Assembly (NCBI RefSeq): GCF_009914755.1
Contig: NC_060938.1
Source: the human T2T-CHM13v2.0 reference genome, Homo sapiens
Reading direction: 5' to 3' (one strand)
Length of the DNA: 64,000 nt
A model generated the notes under the pieces. That model had not been told where the DNA came from and ran no database searches. It worked only from the letters and a program-made list of their open reading frames with translations. Within the stretch, counting starts at the first letter, position 1. Every line of letters begins with the position of its first letter. Positions 26,691 through 39,250 of the stretch are shown here, piece after piece. Position numbers and translations under genes: made by a program.

Positions 26691-29600
26691 CATGTCTAGC
26701 GTCACCCTCCTTCCTGGCAGTGACACTGTTGATGTGAACCCCAATTTCACATCTGTCATTTGTAAATAGGACCATTTTCCCTTTTCGCTCTCCCTTCCAT
26801 TCACAGGGCTTTTCATTCTCTCTGTTACTGCCTCCGTTTCAGATATTTACTCACCTTTTTCTCTCTCACTATGTCTGCCGTGGGCTCCATGAGAGTGCGC
26901 CACATAAGATTCCCCCATTAAAAGTCATGAATTGAGTGGCTTTTAGTATACCTGTGGTTGTGCACATTCAAATTTAATTCGCAATTCATTGTAGAACGTC
27001 TTATCACTCCCGGCCAGAGAAAAACCCTGTAGACATTAGTCACTCCTCATTCTGTCTCAAACCCTCTCCCTCACCCGCAGCCCTAGGTAGCAACTACCTA
27101 GTGCGATCAATCCCATATGCATAGATTACCATATTGTGGACATTTCCTATAAGCGGAATTGCACAATAGGGGAGCTGTTATGACTGACATAACACGTAAC
27201 ACAATATTTTCAAGATTCGTCCACATTGTAGGCTTACCCACAGGGGGAAACCATTTTTTTGGGGGCTTTTAGTAACACCGGTGTTTTCTCCTTCGTTACG
27301 TCCTTCTTTCCTTCCTTCCTTCCTTCCTTCCTTCCTGACTTCCTTCTTTCCTTCCCTCCTTCCTCCTATTTCTCTCTTACTCCTTCTGCCCTCTCTCTTT
27401 CCTATGCCTTAGGTGCATCCCACATTCTGCGTTTTTTTGGGGAAATCCTCGACAGGTGCAGGAAAATTGTGTTATTGTAACTATTTACCGTTATCTCTCT
27501 TTCACGGCTCTCCATCAGTTGTGAACATCTATTGGTTTATCCCAAGTCTCTAAGCATATTTTCATTAGGTAAACCTGTTTTTCCTTATACAGCTGTTTCT
27601 GGAGTATAGGGTCGCATACTCATAAACCCAGTGTAACTCAGAAACGCATCTAATATTCCAGTAAACCCATCATAACGTTGAAAAATCGTAAATCAAACCA
27701 TCATAAGTCACGGTTTGTCCGTGGATATGGGCCTCATCAATTCCATTGTATTCAGTAATGCTGTACACCATTAACAATGGCAGACTGATTGGGAGTGGAT
27801 ATTGATAGCATTATAAAAGTCAGTTATTAGAGGGATACTTCTTTAACCTGACTGAAGAACTGATCTAATGGCTTTAGTACAGTGCATGATTATGTGCGAT
27901 GTTTTGAGACAGAGTAGTACATTTGTGAATGAAATTTTATGGCTTTTTTTTTCACTTAGTAGGAACCATTGTGTGTGGAAAAGTGAGAAAATGGCTTTCT
28001 GCTGTAGGGTCTGGCATTCATTGTAGATGTAAGCTTATTTTTCTGTGAGCAAATCTTATTCAATAAAATACTACTCTTTATACTAAAAATCAAAAACAGT
28101 GGTGATGTGTGGTCATTATCCTCAGCAAACTTATCCAGGGAAAGAAAACCAAACGCCACAACTCACTTATAATGGGAGCTGAAAAATGAGATCCCATGGA
28201 CACAGGAAGGGGAACAACACACACTGGGGCCTTCCGGGAGACAGAGCGTTAAGAAAAACAGCTACTGCATGCTGGGATTAATACCTAGGTGATGGGTTGA
28301 CAGGTGCAGCAAACCACCATGGCACACGTTTACCTTAGTAACAAATCTGCACATCATGCACATATACCCCAGAACTTAGGAACGAAACGAAACAAAAGAC
28401 AACGAAAAAGCAACAGCAAAACGCTAAAGGCAAAATAAAGTTTCAAACTGAGAAAGTGACAGACCAACGTCTGGTTCAAATCATGGTTCTCAACCCAGGT
28501 GCCATAAGGTCAGGATAAAGGATGTGATTACATATTGTCAATAAGACATGCAGCAAATGACCAGAATGATTATTCTCAACATATGAGTGTCTTCTAATTC
28601 AATGGCGACGCTATCTACCGGGACATAGCATTAGATTCCAAAGGGCCGAGTCCCGCCAGACAGGCCTCCCACACTAATAACAATGGGAAGCCCTACGTTG
28701 CTTTACCTGTGCTTCTCAGCCACTGGCTATAAATCAGGTTGCCACCACTCCCAGATTTAGTTGCATTCATTTGCTGGAAGAGCTCACAGCACGCAGGGAA
28801 ACACATTTGCCGTTGTATTTTAGCGGACATTGCACAAAGTTCAGAAATAAATGTGGGGCCCGGCATGTGGGGAGGGGCGCACTACCTTCCAGGAAGTGCT
28901 ATCCAGAAGCTCTCTGAACCCAGTCCTTTTGGGTTTTGATGGAGACCTCATTCTATAGGCATGATGGGTTAAACCATAGGCTATTGGTGATCAACTCCAC
29001 CTGGGGCTCTCCACCCTCCCTGGAAATTGGGGTTGAGGCTTTGCCATCCTCAGTCTGACTAAAAGAATTTACCCAAACGGAATTTTAAAACCGATGAGCA
29101 TAACTGGAATCTTAATTAGATGATTGGATTATCTGGAGCCACACCTTGATATTCCTAACCCGAGCACCCTCATCCAACGAATGCTCCACCCAACTGGCTC
29201 CCAAGTCTCTACGTGGTTCCAGAGCAAAAGGATGTTGATACAACGCATATCTCCACCTTTTCTTCAAAGTCTTTACGCTTACACGGAAAGACTTCTTCAA
29301 CTGCCATGCATCAGGGTCAGGGGGAGGTCTTGTTACAACACAGATCTGCGGATCTCCGGGGTTTGACTGTGGCAAGGATGCTGCTGGTGTCAAAACCACA
29401 ACGTGGGAACCACAGAACCACTAGTGGGTTTTCAGTGTTTCAGTGCATACAATTCCTAATATATCTGGCTAAGAAAACTTGTAAGTTCTTAGATTGTCCC
29501 AAAGGTGGCGCATGAAATCAAAGCAGGAGAACAGTTTCCTTACGAGGTGTAGCCTGGGAAAGTTGGGGGTGACTGATGGAAAGGAGGAGTGAAGCTCCAC

Positions 29601-29786
29601 CCTTTCCGCTGCTAGGCTGCGGCCGAGGCAATTTAAACCCACCCTGGCTGGCCTGTACTCAGATCTTCGCGGAGCGGATCAGCGGCCGGAGCGTTTGGCG
29701 GACTCTGCGTGGACTTGGAGCTCACAGAGTCTTGCGACTTGGAAGCGGATTCAGAGGACAGGACAGAACACTTGGACAAGTGAATC

Positions 29787-29817
<31 letters not shown>

Positions 29818-29988
29818 CATTGGTTGGTTGATTTCCATTTTCTTAAGGGGCACATACCTCACACCGCACACACACAAACACACACACGCACACACACACA
29901 CACACACGCACACACACGCACACACACTCCTTCCTTCTGCGAGTTAGAACATTAGTAGGGGCCCCTGGGAGCTGCAGGTTTCCTAAAC

Positions 29989-32970
29989 ATGTCTGCACCT
30001 AAGAACAGTAGGGTCTTGTCTGGCTCTTCTTATGAACGGTCCCCCAGCCCGGACTCCCCAAGGTCCATGCGAGCCTCACCCAGCTTCTCCCTCTCCCCTC
30101 TCAGAAACTCAGGCTTAAGGGGAAGCTCCTCACCAGGGATCGGGAGCTACCATTCACCATCCCCTAGGGCTTCACCACACTCACCTCTGTCATCACCAGA
30201 ATCCCACAAGCTCCCATTTCCCTGTCCTCACCGTGATGGGCAATCAATAAAGCCATTGGGCTCTCCCGTGTCCTCCTCTGAGGAATCCTCAGAGTCCCCA
30301 CGTTCATCAATAATATACCACATGTTCTTACTGCCATCACCCAGCAGCTCACCCCCAGCTCTCGGGGGGTCTCCTGTGTCTCCCAGCTACTCTCCAAACA
30401 ACCCCAGATTTCAGCTGCGGTCAGCCCCCCACACCAAGGAATCACCTACAAACTCACGAGCCTCACGCTGCTCCACCCCTGTGTCTTTCATCTCTTCACC
30501 CCCAGGCCTCAGGGACCCTCCTGTGGCTCCCAGTTACTCTCCAGCCATCCCCAGGTTCCTGCGGGAGTCAGCCCCATACACCCAGGAGTCCCCCAGAGAC
30601 TCACAGGTCTTGGGAGATTATGAGCGGTCCCTCAGCCCTGACTCCTCAAGATTCATGCCTGCCTCACCCAGCTTCTCCCTCTCCCCTCCCAGAAACTCAG
30701 ACCCAAGGGGCAGCTCCTCACCAGGGATGTGGAAGTCCTCTACATCATCCCGCAGGGCTTCACCACTCTCACATCCGTCATCAACAGAATTCCACAACTT
30801 TACGTTTCCCTTTCCTAACCAAGCAGGACAGTCACTCATGTCATTGTGTTCTCCCGTGACCTCCTCTGGAGATTCTTCACAGTCACCTCATTCATCAATA
30901 ATATACCATATGTTCTTACTGCCATCATCCAGCAGCTCACCCCCAGCCACCCATGACTCTCCTGTCTGTCCCAGCTACTCTCCAACTACGCCCAGATTTC
31001 AGCGGGAGTCTCTACCCCACACCCCAGAAACACCTACAAACTCACAGACCTCAGTGAGATCCTCGCCAGTCTCTCTCACGTCTTCACCCCCAGCCCTTAC
31101 GGACCCTCCAGTCTGTCCCAGCTACTCTCCAACCACGCCCACATTTCAGCGCGGGTCAGTTCCAGGAACCCAGGGATCACCACCAAGCCCACCGCTTTCA
31201 CTGAGTTACTCCCCAGTCTCTAGCACGTCTTTATCTCCAACCCTCAGGGACTCGCCTGTCTGTCCCAGCTACTCTCCAAACACGCCCACACTTCAGCGGC
31301 AGTCCGTTGCAGGCACCCAGAAGTCACCACCAAACTCACCAATTTCACTGCGTTACTCCCCAGTCTCTCTCATGTCTTCACCATCCCTCAGGGACTCTCC
31401 CGTCTGTCCCAGCTACTCTCCAACCACGCCCACATTTCAGCTGGAGTCAGTTCCAGGCACCCCGGAATCACCACCAAACTCACCAATTTCACTCAGTTAC
31501 TCCTCAGTCTCTACCACGTCTTTATCTCCAACCCTCAGGGACTCTCCTGTGTGTCCCAGCTACTCTCCAACCATGCCCACACTTCAGCGGGAGTCAGTTC
31601 CAGGCACCCAGGAATCACCACCAAACTCACCAATTTCACTCAATTACTCTCCAGTCTCTCTCGTGTCTTCACCAGCCCTCAGGGACTCTCCTGTCTGTCC
31701 CAGCTACTCTACAACCACGCCCACATTTCAGCTGGAGTCAGTTCCAGGCACCCCGGAGTCACCACCAAACTCACCAGTTTCACTCAGTTACTCCCCGGTC
31801 TCTCTCATGTCATCACCCCCAGCCCTCAGGGACTCTCCTGTGTGTCCCAGCTACTCTCCAACCATGCCCAGATTCCAGCGGGAGTCAGTTCCAGGCACCC
31901 ATGTATCACCACCAAACTCAGCAGTTTCACTGAGTTACTCCCCAGTCTCTCTCATGTCTTCACCCCCAGACCCCTGGGACTCTCCTGTCTGTCCCAGCTA
32001 CTCTCCCACCACGCCCAGATTTCAGCGGGAGTCAGCCTCCCACACTCCGGAATCAGATACAGACTCACAGACTTCACTGAACTCCTCCCTGGTCTCTCTC
32101 AGGTCTTTGCCCTCATCCCACAGGGACTCTTGTGTCTCTTTCAGCTACTCTCAAAACTTCTCTAGATTCCAGCTGGAGTCAGTTCCAGGCACCCACGATA
32201 CACCACCGAACTCACGAATTTCACTGACTTACGCCCCAGTCTCCCTCATGTTCTCACCCCCAGCCCTCAGGGACTCTTCTGTCTCTCTCAGCTACTCTCC
32301 AACCATCTCCAGATTTCACCTGGAGTCAGCTTCCCACACCCTGGAATCACCTGCAAACTCACGGACCTTACTGCAACCATCCCCCATTTCTTTCACCTCT
32401 TCACCCCCTGCCTTCAGGGACTCTCCTGGGTCTCCCAGCTTCTCTCCAGCCTTCCCCAGATTTCTGCCACAGTCAGCCCCAGGCACCCAGGACAACCCTA
32501 GACACTCACAGGCCTCACCAGACTATCTCCCTATGACCTGTACCTATACAGGGATGGCTCCCACGCATCCCTCAGTGACCCCAAACCCATCTCCACTTAC
32601 ACTCAGGCACTCCCAGGGCCTGACAGCTACTCCCCGTTATTGTCCTTCAGTTCGAAGCCCTGGCCAATCTACTAGCCCACATGACGCAGTTACCTGGCCA
32701 TTTCTCCACGGTTCCCGGGAGGGCCCCACACCCAGCCGCACAAGAGCCCCTCCTGCATTCCGTCCTCACACGCAGGCCTGTCCATCTACTTGCTACTGTC
32801 ACACTCTTGCCAGCAGAAGAGGCCCCTGTAATGGCCGATATCACCACCCAGTCTATCCTCACCCCACAGCTGTGCAGCGGGAACCCCCTGCTGGCCCACG
32901 TGGCTGCCACAGCCCATGCTGGCACGACGCTCCAGCAGGTCGGCGTCCCTGCGGGCCAAACTACCGGTGA
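29989..32970 (+). CDS. 993-aa CTD-heptad-like repeat protein, intact copy
   Basis: Full ORF; protein appears identical to the 4861 copy. Confidence 0.7.
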   Translation: MSAPKNSRVLSGSSYERSPSPDSPRSMRASPSFSLSPLRNSGLRGSSSPGIGSYHSPSPRASPHSPLSSPESHKLPFPCPHRDGQSIKPLGSPVSSSEESSESPRSSIIYHMFLLPSPSSSPPALGGSPVSPSYSPNNPRFQLRSAPHTKESPTNSRASRCSTPVSFISSPPGLRDPPVAPSYSPAIPRFLRESAPYTQESPRDSQVLGDYERSLSPDSSRFMPASPSFSLSPPRNSDPRGSSSPGMWKSSTSSRRASPLSHPSSTEFHNFTFPFPNQAGQSLMSLCSPVTSSGDSSQSPHSSIIYHMFLLPSSSSSPPATHDSPVCPSYSPTTPRFQRESLPHTPETPTNSQTSVRSSPVSLTSSPPALTDPPVCPSYSPTTPTFQRGSVPGTQGSPPSPPLSLSYSPVSSTSLSPTLRDSPVCPSYSPNTPTLQRQSVAGTQKSPPNSPISLRYSPVSLMSSPSLRDSPVCPSYSPTTPTFQLESVPGTPESPPNSPISLSYSSVSTTSLSPTLRDSPVCPSYSPTMPTLQRESVPGTQESPPNSPISLNYSPVSLVSSPALRDSPVCPSYSTTTPTFQLESVPGTPESPPNSPVSLSYSPVSLMSSPPALRDSPVCPSYSPTMPRFQRESVPGTHVSPPNSAVSLSYSPVSLMSSPPDPWDSPVCPSYSPTTPRFQRESASHTPESDTDSQTSLNSSLVSLRSLPSSHRDSCVSFSYSQNFSRFQLESVPGTHDTPPNSRISLTYAPVSLMFSPPALRDSSVSLSYSPTISRFHLESASHTLESPANSRTLLQPSPISFTSSPPAFRDSPGSPSFSPAFPRFLPQSAPGTQDNPRHSQASPDYLPMTCTYTGMAPTHPSVTPNPSPLTLRHSQGLTATPRYCPSVRSPGQSTSPHDAVTWPFLHGSREGPTPSRTRAPPAFRPHTQACPSTCYCHTLASRRGPCNGRYHHPVYPHPTAVQREPPAGPRGCHSPCWHDAPAGRRPCGPNYR

Positions 32971-35900
32971 CATGTCTAGCGTGACCCTCCTTCCTGGCAG
33001 TGACACTGTTGATGTGAACCCCAATTTCACATCTGTCATTTGTAAATAGGACCATTTTCCCTTTTCGCTCTCCCTTCCATTCACAGGGCTTTTCATTCTC
33101 TCTGTTACTGCCTCCGTTTCAGATATTTACTCACCTTTTTCTCTCTCACTATGTCTGCCGTGGGCTCCATGAGAGTGCGCCACATAAGATTCCCCCATTA
33201 AAAGTCATGAATTGAGTGGCTTTTAGTATACCTGTGGTTGTGCACATTCAAATTTAATTCGCAATTCATTGTAGAACGTCTTATCACTCCCGGCCAGAGA
33301 AAAACCCTGTAGACATTAGTCACTCCTCATTCTGTCTCAAACCCTCTCCCTCACCCGCAGCCCTAGGTAGCAACTACCTAGTGCGATCAATCCCATATGC
33401 ATAGATTACCATATTGTGGACATTTCCTATAAGCGGAATTGCACAATAGGGGAGCTGTTATGACTGACATAACACGTAACACAATATTTTCAAGATTCGT
33501 CCACATTGTAGGCTTACCCACAGGGGGAAACCATTTTTTTGGGGGCTTTTAGTAACACCGGTGTTTTCTCCTTCGTTACGTCCTTCTTTCCTTCCTTCCT
33601 TCCTTCCTTCCTTCCTGACTTCCTTCTTTCCTTCCCTCCTTCCTCCTATTTCTCTCTTACTCCTTCTGCCCTCTCTCTTTCCTATGCCTTAGGTGCATCC
33701 CACATTCTGCGTTTTTTTGGGGAAATCCTCGACAGGTGCAGGAAAATTGTGTTATTGTAACTATTTACCGTTATCTCTCTTTCACGGCTCTCCATCAGTT
33801 GTGAACATCTATTGGTTTATCCCAAGTCTCTAAGCATATTTTCATTAGGTAAACCTGTTTTTCCTTATACAGCTGTTTCTGGAGTATAGGGTCGCATACT
33901 CATAAACCCAGTGTAACTCAGAAACGCATCTAATATTCCAGTAAACCCATCATAACGTTGAAAAATCGTAAATCAAACCATCATAAGTCACGGTTTGTCC
34001 GTGGATATGGGCCTCATCAATTCCATTGTATTCAGTAATGCTGTACACCATTAACAATGGCAGACTGATTGGGAGTGGATATTGATAGCATTATAAAAGT
34101 CAGTTATTAGAGGGATACTTCTTTAACCTGACTGAAGAACTGATCTAATGGCTTTAGTACAGTGCATGATTATGTGCGATGTTTTGAGACAGAGTAGTAC
34201 ATTTGTGAATGAAATTTTATGGCTTTTTTTTTCACTTAGTAGGAACCATTGTGTGTGGAAAAGTGAGAAAATGGCTTTCTGCTGTAGGGTCTGGCATTCA
34301 TTGTAGATGTAAGCTTATTTTTCTGTGAGCAAATCTTATTCAATAAAATACTACTCTTTATACTAAAAAACAAAAACAGTGGTGATGTGTGGTCATTATC
34401 CTCAGCAAACTTATCCAGGGAAAGAAAACCAAACGCCACAACTCACTTATAATGGGAGCTGAAAAATGAGATCCCATGGACACAGGAAGGGGAACAACAC
34501 ACACTGGGGCCTTCCGGGAGACAGAGCGTTAAGAAAAACAGCTACTGCATGCTGGGATTAATACCTAGGTGATGGGTTGACAGGTGCAGCAAACCACCAT
34601 GGCACACGTTTACCTTAGTAACAAATCTGCACATCATGCACATATACCCCAGAACTTAGGAACGAAACGAAACAAAAGACAACGAAAAAGCAACAGCAAA
34701 ACGCTAAAGGCAAAATAAAGTTTCAAACTGAGAAAGTGACAGACCAACGTCTGGTTCAAATCATGGTTCTCAACCCAGGTGCCATAAGGTCAGGATAAAG
34801 GATGTGATTACATATTGTCAATAAGACATGCAGCAAATGACCAGAATGATTATTCTCAACATATGAGTGTCTTCTAATTCAATGGCGACGCTATCTACCG
34901 GGACATAGCATTAGATTCCAAAGGGCCGAGTCCCGCCAGACAGGCCTCCCACACTAATAACAATGGGAAGCCCTACGTTGCTTTACCTGTGCTTCTCAGC
35001 CACTGGCTATAAATCAGGTTGCCACCACTCCCAGATTTAGTTGCATTCATTTGCTGGAAGAGCTCACAGCACGCAGGGAAACACATTTGCCGTTGTATTT
35101 TAGCGGACATTGCACAAAGTTCAGAAATAAATGTGGGGCCCGGCATGTGGGGAGGGGCGCACTACCTTCCAGGAAGTGCTATCCAGAAGCTCTCTGAACC
35201 CAGTCCTTTTGGGTTTTGATGGAGACCTCATTCTATAGGCATGATGGGTTAAACCATAGGCTATTGGTGATCAACTCCACCTGGGGCTCTCCACCCTCCC
35301 TGGAAATTGGGGTTGAGGCTTTGCCATCCTCAGTCTGACTAAAAGAATTTACCCAAACGGAATTTTAAAACCGATGAGCATAACTGGAATCTTAATTAGA
35401 TGATTGGATTATCTGGAGCCACACCTTGATATTCCTAACCCGAGCACCCTCATCCAACGAATGCTCCACCCAACTGGCTCCCAAGTCTCTACGTGGTTCC
35501 AGAGCAAAAGGATGTTGATACAACGCATATCTCCACCTTTTCTTCAAAGTCTTTACGCTTACACGGAAAGACTTCTTCAACTGCCATGCATCAGGGTCAG
35601 GGGGAGGTCTTGTTACAACACAGATCTGCGGATCTCCGGGGTTTGACTGTGGCAAGGATGCTGCTGGTGTCAAAACCACAACGTGGGAACCACAGAACCA
35701 CTAGTGGGTTTTCAGTGTTTCAGTGCATACAATTCCTAATATATCTGGCTAAGAAAACTTGTAAGTTCTTAGATTGTCCCAAAGGTGGCGCATGAAATCA
35801 AAGCAGGAGAACAGTTTCCTTACGAGGTGTAGCCTGGGAAAGTTGGGGGTGACTGATGGAAAGGAGGAGTGAAGCTCCACCCTTTCCGCTGCTAGGCTGC

Positions 35901-36066
35901 GGCCGAGGCAATTTAAACCCACCCTGGCTGGCCTGTACTCAGATCTTCGCGGAGCGGATCAGCGGCCGGAGCGTTTGGCGGACTCTGCGTGGACTTGGAG
36001 CTCACAGAGTCTTGCGACTTGGAAGCGGATTCAGAGGACAGGACAGAACACTTGGACAAGTGAATC

Positions 36067-36097
<31 letters not shown>

Positions 36098-36268
36098 CAT
36101 TGGTTGGTTGATTTCCATTTTCTTAAGGGGCACATACCTCACACCGCACACACACAAACACACACACGCACACACACACACACACACGCACACACACGCA
36201 CACACACTCCTTCCTTCTGCGAGTTAGAACATTAGTAGGGGCCCCTGGGAGCTGCAGGTTTCCTAAAC

Positions 36269-39250
36269 ATGTCTGCACCTAAGAACAGTAGGGTCTTGTC
36301 TGGCTCTTCTTATGAACGGTCCCCCAGCCCGGACTCCCCAAGGTCCATGCGAGCCTCACCCAGCTTCTCCCTCTCCCCTCTCAGAAACTCAGGCTTAAGG
36401 GGAAGCTCCTCACCAGGGATCGGGAGCTACCATTCACCATCCCCTAGGGCTTCACCACACTCACCTCTGTCATCACCAGAATCCCACAAGCTCCCATTTC
36501 CCTGTCCTCACCGTGATGGGCAATCAATAAAGCCATTGGGCTCTCCCGTGTCCTCCTCTGAGGAATCCTCAGAGTCCCCACGTTCATCAATAATATACCA
36601 CATGTTCTTACTGCCATCACCCAGCAGCTCACCCCCAGCTCTCGGGGGGTCTCCTGTGTCTCCCAGCTACTCTCCAAACAACCCCAGATTTCAGCTGCGG
36701 TCAGCCCCCCACACCAAGGAATCACCTACAAACTCACGAGCCTCACTTTTCTCCACCCCTGTGTCTTTCATCTCTTCACCCCCAGGCCTCAGGGACCCTC
36801 CTGTGGCTCCCAGTTACTCTCCAGCCATCCCCAGGTTCCTGCGCGAGTCAGCCCCATACACCCAGGAGTCCCCCAGAGACTCACAGGTCTTGGGAGATTA
36901 TGAGCGGTCCCTCAGCCCTGACTCCTCAAGATTCATGCCTGCCTCACCCAGCTTCTCCCTCTCCCCTCCCAGAAACTCAGACCCAAGGGGCAGCTCCTCA
37001 CCAGGGATGTGGAAGTCCTCTACGTCATCCCGCAGGGCTTCACCACTCTCACATCCGTCATCAACAGAATTCCACAACTTTACGTTTCCCTTTCCTAACC
37101 AAGCAGGACAGTCACTCATGTCATTGTGTTCTCCCGTGACCTCCTCTGGAGATTCTTCACAGTCACCTCATTCATCAATAATATACCATATGTTCTTACT
37201 GCCATCATCCAGCAGCTCACCCCCAGCCACCCATGACTCTCCTGTCTGTCCCAGCTACTCTCCAACTACGCCCAGATTTCAGCGGGAGTCTCTACCCCAC
37301 ACCCCAGAAACACCTACAAACTCACAGACCTCAGTGAGATCCTTGCCAGTCTCTCTCACGTCTTCACCCCCAGCCCTTACGGACCCTCCAGTCTGTCCCA
37401 GCTACTCTCCAACCACGCCCACATTTCAGCGCGGGTCAGTTCCAGGAACCCAGGGATCACCACCAAGCCCACCGCTTTCACTGAGTTACTCCCCAGTCTC
37501 TAGCACGTCTTTATCTCCAACCCTCAGGGACTCGCCTGTCTGTCCCAGCTACTCTCCAAACACGCCCACACTTCAGCGGCAGTCCGTTGCAGGCACCCAG
37601 AAGTCACCACCAAACTCACCAATTTCACTGCGTTACTCCCCAGTCTCTCTCATGTCTTCACCATCCCTCAGGGACTCTCCCGTCTGTCCCAGCTACTCTC
37701 CAACCACGCCCACATTTCAGCTGGAGTCAGTTCCAGGCACCCCGGAATCACCACCAAACTCACCAATTTCACTCAGTTACTCCTCAGTCTCTACCACGTC
37801 TTTATCTCCAACCCTAAGGGACTCTCCTGTGTGTCCCAGCTACTCTCCAACCATGCCCACACTTCAGCTGGAGTGAGTTCCAGGCACCCAGGAATCACCA
37901 CCAAACTCACCAATTTCACTCAATTACTCTCCAGTCTCTCTCGTGTCTTCACCAGCCCTCAGGGACTCTCCTGTCTGTCCCAGCTACTCTACAACCACGC
38001 CCACATTTCAGCTGGAGTCAGTTCGAGGCATCCCGGAGTCACCACCAAACTCACCAGTTTCACTCAGTTACTCCCCGGTCTCTCTCATGTCATCACCCCC
38101 AGCCCTCAGGGACTCTCCTGTGTGTCCCAGCTACTCTCCAACCATGCCCAGATTCCAGCGGGAGTCAGTTCCAGGCACCCATGTATCACCACCAAACTCA
38201 GCAGTTTCACTGAGTTACTCCCCAGTCTCTCTCATGTCTTCACCCCCAGACCCCTGGGACTCTCCTGTCTGTCCCAGCTACTCTCCCACCACGCCCAGAT
38301 TTCAGCGGGAGTCAGCCTCCCACACTCCGGAATCAGATACAGACTCACAGACTTCACTGAACTCCTCCCTGGTCTCTCTCAGGTCTTTGCCCTCATCCCA
38401 CAGGGACTCTTGTGTCTCTTTCAGCTACTCTCAAAACTTCTCTAGATTCCAGCTGGAGTCAGTTCCAGGCACCCACGATACACCACCGAACTCACGAATT
38501 TCACTGACTTACGCCCCAGTCTCCCTCATGTTCTCACCCCCAGCCCTCAGGGACTCTTCTGTCTCTCTCAGCTACTCTCCAACCATCTCCAGATTTCACC
38601 TGGAGTCAGCTTCCCACACCCTGGAATCACCTGCAAACTCACGGACCTTACTGCAACCATCCCCCATTTCTTTCACCTCTTCACCCCCTGCCTTCAGGGA
38701 CTCTCCTGGGTCTCCCAGCTTCTCTCCAGCCTTCCCCAGATTTCTGCCACAGTCAGCCCCAGGCACCCAGGACAACCCTAGACACTCACAGGCCTCACCA
38801 GACTATCTCCCTATGACCTGTACCTATACAGGGATGGCTCCCACGCATCCCTCAGTGACCCCAAACCCATCTCCACTTACACTCAGGCACTCCCAGGGCC
38901 TGACAGCTACTCCCCGTTATTGTCCTTCAGTTCGAAGCCCTGGCCAATCTACTAGCCCACATGACGCAGTTACCTGGCCATTTCTCCACGGTTCCCGGGA
39001 GGGCCCCACACCCAGCCGCACAAGAGCCCCTCCTGCATTCCGTCCTCACACGCAGGCCTGTCCATCTACTTGCTACTGTCACACTCTTGCCAGCAGAAGA
39101 GGCCCCTGTAATGGCCGATATCACCACCCAGTCTATCCTCACCCCACAGCTGTGCAGCGGGAACCCCCTGCTGGCCCACGTGGCTGCCACAGCCCATGCT
39201 GGCACGACGCTCCAGCAGGTCGGCGTCCCTGCGGGCCAAACTACCGGTGA
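36269..39250 (+). pseudogene. Copy with nonsense mutation S536* (TGA 37874-37876); truncated 535-aa product
   Basis: TCA>TGA relative to the other units, with additional private substitutions nearby. Confidence 0.7.
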
